DNA from: Pristiophorus japonicus
Taxonomy: Eukaryota
Assembly (NCBI RefSeq): GCF_044704955.1
Contig: NC_091996.1
Coordinates: 87,358,001 to 87,422,000 of the forward strand
DNA length: 64,000 bases
Direction of reading: 5' to 3'
In this document: positions 36,150-46,454 of the stretch, in pieces
Position numbering within the stretch: the first letter of the stretch is position 1
Layout: each line of letters opens with the position of its first letter
Translations under genes and position numbers: made by a program
The notes under the pieces: generated by a model
Told to the model about the DNA's origin: nothing
Databases searched by the model: none
The model's input: the letters and a program-made list of their open reading frames with translations, nothing else

Positions 36150-36790
36150 ATGTCAGTGAGTTGCCATGGGAGAGGAGTCAGGGGCTTCCTATCCGCGTGG
36201 CTATTCGCTAGTCCGGCCCTTTCCTTCCCCCTCCCACGCGCTGGGTCCTCTGGGCCATTGTCCCGAGCCTCTCCTCTCCCCTCCCCTCTCCTCTTCCCCG
36301 GAGCAAGATGGAGGAGCACCTCAAGCTGGGCCTGGCCCAGTGTTTCCACCTCGACACCATCACCCCTAGACTCGCCTGACGTCCTGAGCGGCATGGCCCT
36401 GCGATTGGTCAGGTAACGGGGGGGGGGGTGGTGAGGGGGGTTTGTGGGGGGGGGGGGTGAGCGGCAGGAGGCTCGAGTGCTTAGATTTTCCCGCGTGCGC
36501 GTGTATGTGTGTAAAATCGTCTGTTTGTGTCACAAAATGGCCGCCCCCATCGACACCACGAATGCACAAATGGCTCCGATACATCATGTGACTTTTAGCG
36601 GTGTTTCCTAGCCGTTGCAGTACTGCAGTACACCACCAGGTGGAGCCCCACATTACCCCCCCTCCCCCACTTTCTCCAGACCCCACCTCTTTTCGATTCG
36701 TCTCTCTCTCTCTCTCTCTCTCCAGACACTCCCACCTCGACCCCCACCTTCGGACCTTCCCTCTGCAGCCTCCCTCCGGACACCCAACAT
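36150..36790 (+). pseudogene. Internally deleted duplicate of the KCTD11 locus
   Basis: 36153-36310 aligns to the 5' flank and ATG (37366-37558); 36311-36416 aligns to the last ~35 codons (38266-38371) with a frameshift; 36470-36790 aligns to 38790-39100. Confidence 0.85.
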
Positions 36791-37555
36791 AAAAATCAGA
36801 GGCAGGAGTTGGCCATACGGCCCCCTCGAGCCTGCTCCGCCATTCAATACGATCGCGGCCCATAACCCTTCACTCCCCTATCGCTCAAAAATCTGTCTAT
36901 CTCCACCCATAAATATATTCAATGACCCAGCCCCCCACAGCTCTCTGGGGCAGAGAATTCTAAAAATTCACGATCCTCTGAGAGAAGAAATTCCTCCTCA
37001 TTTCCGTTTTAAATGGGCGGCCCCTTATTCTGAGACGCTGACCCCTAGTAGCAGCTTAAAACAAAGGGAATAGTCTCCAAACGAATCCTTCCCGTGACCA
37101 GATCTTGTTTGTCCATCTCCGCCGTTGTAACCACCTTCACGTTGCAACTTGCCGACAATTCGCGGACGACTCTTACTGCCTGTGAAAAGCGTCGGTGTGC
37201 ACGAGACGGTCTTTAAACTTCACACGGGGCTTTGGGTCCGAAAACAACGTGACCGAGTCTGTATCGGCCACCTTGGAGCAGTTTTCAAGCTCTGTTATTA
37301 GTCGAAAGATGGGACAATGAAAATGCTGTTGACTTACGGCGCAGCTTGATGGACAATGTTCTCTCTCAGTGAGTTGCCGTGGGAACGGTGTAGAGACGTC
37401 CCATCCACGAGGCTATTCGCTGCGTCGGCTCCGCTGGTCCGGCCCTTTTCTCCCCCCCCCCCCCCCAGGCCCCACCCCACCATGGGCTGGGCCCTCGAGG
37501 ACAATGCCCAGAGCCTCGTCTCTCCTCTCCACTCCTGCGTTCCCCGGAGCCAAAG

Positions 37556-38374
37556 ATGCTGCGTAGCCCAAGCCTGGAGCCGGTGTCCCTGAACGTGGGG
37601 GGCACCCTGTACACCACCCAGGGCGAGACCTTGAGCCGCTACCCCGACTCCATGCTGGGGGCGATGTTCCGCGGGCAGCTGGCCAGCGCCCGGGACCAGA
37701 GCGGACACCTCTTCATCGACCGGGACGGCAAGCCCTTCCGCCACATTCTCAACTACCTGCGCTCCTCCCACCTGGACCTGCCCGAGGGCTACAGGGAGAT
37801 GAGGCTGCTGAGGCGCGAGGCTGACTTCTACCAGATCCGGCCGCTGCTGGACGAGCTCGCGGCCCGGCGGCAGGGCCAGGAGCAGGCCCTGCTCCAGTGC
37901 AACGTCCAGTCCCGCCGGCAGACCCTGCACTTCAACCTGCGGCGGGGGCCCCATCACTACGCCCTGTCCGCCTGCCCGCTCACCGCCCACCGCGCCCACA
38001 TCTTCTGCACCTGCCCCGCCTTCCTGGGCCTGCTGCGCTCCGCGCTGGGCTGCCCGCCGGCCCCCGAGACCCCGGCGGAGGGGGAGGAGGGAGGCGAGGG
38101 GGAGGGGGAGGCGGCCTCCGACGGCACCCCCTCCGCCTGCCGCCTGGAGCTCCTCTGGACCCCCCGCCCCCCCGAGCTGCCCGAGGCCGAATACGCCAAG
38201 CACGGCTTCCGCCGCCTCCGCGCCCGGCCCGGCGGCCGCGAGCTGGTCGACGGCCCCGCCTTCGTGGAGGAGCTCCTCAAGCTGGCCCTGGCCCAGCGCT
38301 TCCGGCTCGACTCCGTCCTCCCCGACCCGTCCGACGTCCTCAACTGCACCGCGCTGCGATTGGTCAGGTACTGA
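37556..38374 (+). CDS. KCTD11: BTB/POZ domain protein KCTD11 (KCASH family Cul3 adaptor), 272 aa
   Basis: T1-type BTB (PVSLNVGG...YPDSMLGAMF...FIDRDGKPFRHILNYLR...EADFYQIRPLLD) and KCTD11-type C-terminus (RRGPHHY, WTPRPPELPEAEY, FRLDSVLPDPSDVLN..LRLVRY). Confidence 0.9.
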   Translation: MLRSPSLEPVSLNVGGTLYTTQGETLSRYPDSMLGAMFRGQLASARDQSGHLFIDRDGKPFRHILNYLRSSHLDLPEGYREMRLLRREADFYQIRPLLDELAARRQGQEQALLQCNVQSRRQTLHFNLRRGPHHYALSACPLTAHRAHIFCTCPAFLGLLRSALGCPPAPETPAEGEEGGEGEGEAASDGTPSACRLELLWTPRPPELPEAEYAKHGFRRLRARPGGRELVDGPAFVEELLKLALAQRFRLDSVLPDPSDVLNCTALRLVRY

Positions 38375-38755
38375 GGGGTGGGAGGGGGGACAGGCCGAGC
38401 ACGTATGTTCTCCCGAGCTGCGATTGGTCAGGTACTGAGGGGTGGGGGGGTGGGGGGACGAGCGGGGGGGTGGGGGGGGCAGGCCGAGCGCGTATGTTCT
38501 CCCGCGCTGCGATTGGTCAGGTACTGAGGGGTGGGGGGGTGGGGGGACGAGCGGGGGGGTGGGGGGGGGCAGGCCGAGCGCGTATGTTCTCCCGCGCTGC
38601 GATTGGTCAGGTACTGAGGCTGGGGGGGGAGGGACGAGCGCGTATGTTCTCCCGCGCTGCGATTGGTCAGGTACTGAGGCTGGGGGGGGAGGGACGAGCG
38701 CGTATGTGCTCCCGCGCTGCGATTGGTCAGGTACTGAGGCTGGGGGGGGGGGGGC
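38349..38755 (+). repeat. Tandem repeat (60-90 bp) of the KCTD11 terminal codons and stop
   Basis: CGCGCTGCGATTGGTCAGGTACTGAGG plus G-tract, 6 copies (GATTGG at ~38358, 38422, 38511, 38601, 38661, 38721). Confidence 0.95.
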
Positions 38756-41147
38756 GGGCAAACAGTGGGGGCGAGGGGGAGCGGGCCTTGTCGAGCGCGT
38801 ATATTTTCCCGCGTGCGTGTGCGTAATCGCCCGCATCTGTTAGTGTCATAAAATGGCCGCCCCCCCACATCACGAACGCGCACAGGGCTCCGATACATCA
38901 TGTGACTTTTATCGTGTTTCCAGCCGTTGCGGTACCACAGTACTCCACCAGGTGGAGCTCCACATTACCCCCTCCCCCACTTTCTTCAGACCCCCCCCCC
39001 TCTTTCCGACCCAGCTCTCTCTCTCTCTCTCCGGGCACTCCTACCTCGACCCCCACCTTCGGACCTTCCCTCTGCAGCCTCCCTCCGGACACCCAACATA
39101 AGAACTAGGAGCAGGAGTCGGCCATTCGGCCCCTCGAGCCTGCTCTGCCATTCAATAAGGTCGTGGCTGATCTGATCATGGACTCAGCTCCACTTCCCCG
39201 CCCGCTCCCCATAGCCCTTCAGTCCCTTATCGCTCAAAAATCTGTCTATCTCCGCCTTAATGACCCAGCCTCCACAGCTCTCTGGGGCAGAGAATTCCAC
39301 AGATTCACGACCCTCTGAGAGAAGAAATGTGTGTAATCGCCCGCGTCTGTATCACAAAATGGCCGCTCTCCACCCCCATCGACATCACTAATGTCCACAC
39401 GGCTCCGATACATCATGTGACTTTTATTGTGTTGTAGTACCGCAGTACTCCACCAGGTGGAGCCACACACTCCACCCCCACTTTCTTCAGAACCCCCTCT
39501 TTTCGATCCGGCTTTCTCTCTTCAGGCCTACCCTCCGCACGCCCCATCAGACGTTCCCTCTGGAACCCCCTTGATCCCTGCTCCGGGCACCCTCCCACCC
39601 CCCTCCCCCTTCAATTCCTCTCCTCCCCCCGGGCTCATCTCTCTTCACTCCCCCCTCTGGGCCCTCGACAACAACAACCTGTATTTATATAGCTCCTTTC
39701 ACATAGTGAAATGTCCCAAGGCGTGTCACAGGAGTGTCACACGGCAGAAATGTAACACCAAGCCGCATAAGTAGAAATTAGCGCAGGTGACCAAAAGAGG
39801 TCGGTTTGAAGGAGCGTCTCGAAGGAGGAAAGAGAGGTAGAGAGGTTTCGGCAGGGAGTTCCAGAGCTTGGGGCCCAGGCGACAGAAAGCATGGCCACCG
39901 ATGGTTGGGCGATTATAATCAGGCATGCTCAGGAGGGCAGAATTAGAGCAGCGCAGAGATCTCAGGGGGAGGGGTGCAGGGAAGGGGAGGGGTTATATTG
40001 GGAAGGCCGAAGCCATTGTTTTCAGTCCCCGTTCCCCAGCTACCGACTCCATCCCTTTCTCCAACTCCTGTCTGAGGCTGAACCAGACGGTTCACAACTC
40101 GGTGTCCTATTTGACCCTGAAATGAGCTTCCGACCGCATATCCGCGGCATAACCAAGACCGCCCATTTCTCCCTCCGTAACCCTCTCCCTCGATTTCCCC
40201 CCTCTCTCTTCAAGCCCCCCTCTCTTCGACACGCCCCCTCACTGCAGATCCCAATTTCTCTGGACCTCCTGCCCCACTGGACCCCCCCCTCCAGAAACCC
40301 CCCCACCAGACTCCCTCTCCTGGGAACCCCACTCCGAATACCACCTCAGGACTCCCATCTTGCACCGGGAGTCCCCCATTTCCTCTCTCCGGGAACCCCC
40401 TCCACCAGACCACCTCTCTTGGGAACCCCCCCTCCCGAGCACCCCCTCTCCAGAAAACACCCTCAAAATCCCCCCTCTAGATCCCACTCGCCCATGTCAA
40501 CAGGCCCCCTCGCTTGGAAATCCCACTCCCAATTCTCCCTGAGGACCACCCCTTCTCCGGATCCCCACCCCCTCTCCGGAACCCCGCCCCTTCCGAATTC
40601 CCTTTCAGCCCTCCTTTCTCCCCCACCAGACCCCCTCTCTTGGGAACCACACTCTGAATCCCCCCTCCGGACCCTTGCCCTTGGAACCACCCCCCGCACA
40701 GCTGTTCACAGAAGATGAACGGTCACTGTGCAGACGTATTGGCGCGGCGGGCATTAAAAGACCAGACCGATTCATCGAGCTCGCCCCACACCCCATGGTA
40801 ACTGGGGTTCGCTACCCCAGCCTCATCACACGCCTGCCCCTACAGCCCTCCACCAGTCATGCACTCTCCTGGAAGACCCCCAAAACAAGAGAGACAATAC
40901 CCCGGGTCCAATAGGGTCAGATGCTGGTACTGTCCTCTCCGCCCCCAGCAGGTAACAGCAGGCATTCCCTGGAGATCACACTGACTGTCTCAGGGTGGCA
41001 CGGACTGCCCGCCATGCCTACTGCTCTGGTGAAGTGGTGGCTGTCTTCGTTGTGCCACGAAGTGCCAACGTGCGAGAGGGCCATCGGCTGGAGGGGTCAC
41101 ACCCCCCCGGGGCTTCTGGGACCACTGAAAGAGCGACACACAGACAG

Positions 41148-41757
41148 ATCAAACACTCCCAGGGCAGGTACAGCACGGGTTCGATACAGAGTAAGCTCCC
41201 TCTACACTGTCCCATCAAACACTCCCAGGGCAGGTACAGCACGGGGTTAGATACAGAGTAAAGCTCCCTCTACACTGTCCCATCAAACACTCCCAGGGCA
41301 AGTACAGCATGGGGTTAGATACAGAGTAAAGCTCCCTCTACACTGTCCCATCAAACACTCCCAGGGCAGGTACAGCACGGGTTAGATACAGAGTAAAGCT
41401 CCCTCTACACTGTCCCATCACACACTCCTAGGGCAGGTACAGCACGGGGTTAGATACAGAGTAAAGCTCCCTCTACACTGTCCCATCAAACACTCCCAGG
41501 GCAAGTACAGGGGGTTAGATACAGAGTAAAGCTCCCTCTACACTGTCCCATCACACACTCCCAGGGCAGGTACAGCACGGGGTTAGATACAGAGTAAAGC
41601 TCCCTCTACACTGTCCCATCAAACACTCCCAGGGCAAGTACAGCACGGGGTTAGATACAGAGTAAAGCTCCCTCTACACTGTCCCATCAAACACTCCCAG
41701 GGCAGGTACAGCACGGGGTTAGATACAGAGTAAAGCTCCCTCTACACTGTCCCATCA
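41148..41757 (+). repeat. 61-bp tandem repeat, about 10 copies (same unit as 20197-20692)
   Basis: Direct reading. Confidence 0.95.
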
Positions 41758-44700
41758 GGCACTACGCAGACAGATATAGAAGGGCTGGGACCACTGGCGA
41801 TCTCGCTCTGGACCGTCCCAGATCCCCGCGCAGCAGCGCCTCCTCCTGGATGGGTGCGGCATTTCCATTTCCCAGCCCGTGTCGTGACCTCTGTCCTTGG
41901 TGAAGCCCTAGTGCCGGCGCTGCTCACCCCTCTCATTTGCAAGTGACGCGTTCCCCCCCTCCGGCCCTCTTCGCAACCGCAAGTCACGCCTTCACCCCCT
42001 CCACCATCGGCGCCCCCTGGCTGCAGTGAGCCCCATAATCCAGACCGACACTCCCAGTGCAGTGCTGAGGGAGCGCCGCACTGTCGCAGGTGCCGTCTTT
42101 CGGATGAGACGTTAAACCAAGGGCCCCGTCTCTCTTGAGTGGTGTAAAAGATCCCACAGCCACTATTGGAAGAAGTCGGGAGTGTAATGGAACACTCTCC
42201 ACTTGCCTGGATGAGTGCAGCTCCGACAACACTCGAGAAGCTCGACACCATCCAGGACAAAGCTTGATCGGCCCGCTACCCACCACCTTCAACGTTCACT
42301 CACTCCACCACCGGCGCCCCCTGGCTGCAGTGTGCACCATCTACAAGATGCACTGCAGCAACTCACCAAGTCTTCTTCGGCAGCACCTCCCAAACCCCTG
42401 ACCTTTACCCCCTAGAAGGACAAGGGCAGCAGGCGCATGGGAACACCACCACCTCCACGTTCCCCTCCGAATCACACACACCGTCCCGACTTGGAAATAT
42501 ATCGGCCGTTCCTTCATCGTCGCTGGGTCACAATCCTGGAACTCTCTCCCTAACAGCACTGTGGGAGCAACTTCACCACACGGACTGCAGCGGTTCAAGA
42601 AGGCGGCTCACCACCACCTTCTCAAGGGGCCATTAGGGACGGGCAATAAATGCCGGCCTTGCCAGCGACGCCCACATCCCATGAACAAATACAAAAATAA
42701 CATTGGCGGGCAGGAAAAGACCAGCAAAGCTTCTTGCACAGGATCATGATGGCCAGAGGATTGTAACTGAACACTTTCTGTCTGCCTCCCCCAGAGGAGG
42801 GACTTAAATCAACAGGCGGGCAGAATGCCACACTAATCCATTAAATGTTCCTCCCCTAATCTCATCGGAATGAATTATTAGGCAACGGTGATTAAGCAAT
42901 AACAAACCTGAGCTCTCAGAGCTTTGCGGGAAGGCAAGGAGATGTGCCCCCCGGGGAAAGGATGAGTTTGATAGAAGCGACATTATGTTCAGCAACACGA
43001 GGCTACAGGGCAGTGGACGAGTGAGCAGGTCGGGCTGTTTGGAGTTGAAGAGGAACCAGTCGAGGTGGGACACACTGCCCACCATAGCCTCAAGAGACAA
43101 TTCTTCCCAATAATGCTCCTCGGAGTGCCAGCCTAGATACAGGGTAAAGTCTTTGAATGGGTCTTGAACCCACCACCTTCTGACATCTATTGGTAAGAGT
43201 TCTACCCACTGAGCCAAGCTATCCACATGAGAACGTTCAACTCCCAGCGATGTCCAGGCTGTTCTCCTTGAAACATTGAAGGAGCACGTTCATCGTCCCT
43301 CATTGTGTACAGCAGGCACCTCAAAACGCTGGAGAAATACCACCAGCGCTGCCTCCGCAAGATCCTGCAAATCCATTGGAAGGACCAGTGTTCTCGCTCA
43401 GGCCAACATCCCCAGCATCGAGGCATTGACCACGCTCGACCAGCTCTGATGGGCGGGCCACATCGTCCGCATGCCCCGACGCGAGACTCCCGAAACGAGC
43501 GCTCTACTCCGAGCTCCGTCACGGCAAGCGAGCCCCAGGAGGGCAGAGAAAACGCTTCAAAGGCACCCTCAACGCCTCCTTCAAAAAATGCAACATCCTC
43601 ACCAGCACCTGGGAATCCCGAGCCCGAACCCGCCCAAAGTGGAGGGGGAGCATCCGGGAGGGAGCCGGACAACTCGAGTCTCTTCGCCGGGACCACGTGG
43701 AAGGAGCGTACGACACACCAGACTCCCCACCCACCCGTCCTTCCAACCACCGCCTGCCCCCGACCGGTGACAGAGACCGTGGGTCCCGCGTTGCTCTCAT
43801 CAGTCACCTTTTAAACTCGTGTTAGTGTGGAAGCAAGTCATCTTCGACCCCAGGGAGACTGCCGAAGGAGAAATTTGGGCGTGAGGAGACTGTGGGGGTG
43901 AGAGACTTGGGCGAAGACCTTTAGCAAGTGGTGAATGTGGAGCAGAATAAACAGCGAGAGGCGATTTCAGACAAGTGTGCTCCTTTCACACACACACACG
44001 GAAAGCTACTCAGCCACACCCCGTTTCAGTATGAAAGAGTGTTTCAGCTTGATATAATGACGCAGACATTCCACGACCAGACATAATCTTAAGCTGTCAA
44101 AGCCTTGCGTTGCATAGAATGCTACAGCACAGAAACAGGCCATCCAGCCCAACTGATCCGTGTCGGTGTTTATGCTCCACACCTCTTCATCTCCCACTCC
44201 AGAGACTTGAGCACATCCACCCAAGCCGACACTCCCAGTGCAGTGCTGAGGGAGCGCCGCACTGTCAGAGGGGCAGTGCTGAGGGAGCGCCGCACTGTCG
44301 GAGGGGCAGTACTGAGCGAGCGCCGCACTGTCGGAGGGGCAGAGCTGACGGAGCGCCGCAATGTCGGAGGGGCAGTGCTGAGGGTGCGCCACACTGTCGG
44401 AGGGGCAGTGCTGAGGGAGTGCCGCACTGTCGGAGGTGCCGTGTTTCAGATGAGTCGTTAAACTGAGGTGGCCATAAAAGATCCCACGGCTTCTATTTCG
44501 AAGGAGAGCAGGGAAGTTCTCCCCGGTGTCCTGGGGCCAATATTTATCCCTCAATCAACATAACAAAAGAACAGATGATCTCTGTGGGAGCTTGCTGTGC
44601 ACAAATTGGCTGCCATGTTTCCCACATTACAACAGTGACTACACTCCAAAAGTACTTCATTGGCTGCAAAGTGCTCTGAGATGTCCGGAAGTCGTGAAAG

Positions 44701-46454
44701 GCGCTATATAAATGCAAGTCTTTCTTTCTCTTCATCTCAACATAAGCTTCTTTCTCCCTCATGTGTTTATCCAGCCTCCCCTTAAATGCATCGATACTAT
44801 TCGCTTCAACCACTCCCTGTGGCAGTGAGTTCCACATTCTCACCACTCTCTGGAGAAAGGAGTTTCTCCTGAATTCCCCATTGGATTTATTAGTGACTGT
44901 CTTGTACTGATGGCCCCTAGTTATGGTCTCGCCCACAAGGGGAAACATCTTCTCTACGTCCACGCTATCGAAACCCTTCATCATTATAAAGCCCAACATT
45001 AGCGTCCTCGACCAGGCCAACATCCCCAGCACCGAAGCACTGACCACACTCGACCAGCTCCACTGGGCGGGCCACATTGTCCGCATGCCAGACACGAGAC
45101 TCCCAAAACAAGTGCTCAACTTGGAACTCCTTCATGGCAAGCGAGCCCAAAGTGGGCAGAGGAAACGTTACAAGGACACCCTCAAAGCCTCCCTGATAAA
45201 ATGCAACATTCCCACCAACACCTGGGAGTCCCTGGCCAAAGACCAGTCCACCCTAAGTACAGGAAGTGCATCCGGGAGGGCCTTGAGCACCTCGAGTCTC
45301 GTCGCCGAGAGCACGCAGAAAGCAAGCGCAGGCAGCGGAAGGAGCGTGCGGCAAACCAGTCCCACCCACCCTTTCCCTCAACCACTGTCTGTCCCACCTG
45401 TGACAGAGACTGTAATTCCCGTATTGGACTGTTCAGTCACCTGAGAACTCACTTTTAGAGTGGAAGCAAATCTTCCTCGATTCCGAGGGTCTGCCTATGA
45501 TGATGACAGCCCTCTATCAGGTCACCCCCCTCAACCTTCTGTCTTCTCGAGAAAAAGAGCCCGCAGTACGTTCAGTGTTCCAGCCGGTTCAAACGCAGAA
45601 GAGATGATACCGTTCGGCGGGGAGTGTGAAAATGCCAGCGGTTTGGGAACACGAGGTGAGGGTGTTTGGTGTGGGCCACCAGGGCGGCAGCCTCTGGCAC
45701 ACATGGAATAGAATCATAGAAATTTACGGCACGGAAGGAGGCCATTCGGCCCATCGTGTGCGCCGGCCGACAAAGAGCCACCCAGCCTAATCCCACTTTC
45801 CAGCTCTCGGTCCCTAGCCCTGTAGGTTACGGCACTTCAAACACTCATTTTTAAAAGTGGTGAGGGTTTTAAGAGGCGCACACGAGCGATAATGGCGCAC
45901 CTTACTTTAGCAACATGCCCGCTGTATTTCCTGCCAAATGGAAAAAAATACCCGAGAGAGAGAAAGAGAGCGAGAGAAGGAGAGAAAGATGTGCGAGTGG
46001 CTTGGATCTGATCTGCAAGCTCCCGTGGTTCAATATAATCGGGTGCATCATCGCAACAGTTGCGAGAATCCTCACTCCATCCTGGGACAGTGATTATAGA
46101 ATCGGAGATTCATAGAAGTTTCCATCCGGTGAGCGGGTTTGGCACGGCACATCTGCCGACGGGCGTTGGATGGGACAACGGAGAAACCCCCCCCACCCCC
46201 AACTCCCACCATATTTCCTGGGTGGAGGTTTGAGGAACCATGATGGTCGTATAGGCGGGACAGAACTTTGGCCGACGGACGCCCGCACCTTCTCAACTCC
46301 CTCCAAGAGAACTCGGCTCCTCCGGTTCTGGCAGACATTCGCCGCCCAAGCTCGGCAAAGGACGGTCGCGGCAGAATCTCAGCGTTTTTTTCTTACAGAA
46401 TGAATGTTTTAATAACGGCATCGCGGTTTCATAGAATCGCAGAAATTTTCAACA

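Noticed and set aside
37334-38836. 500-aa antisense ORF over KCTD11 and alternative-frame ORFs over the CHST gene
   Set aside because: Shadow ORFs expected from very high GC3; no recognisable domains.
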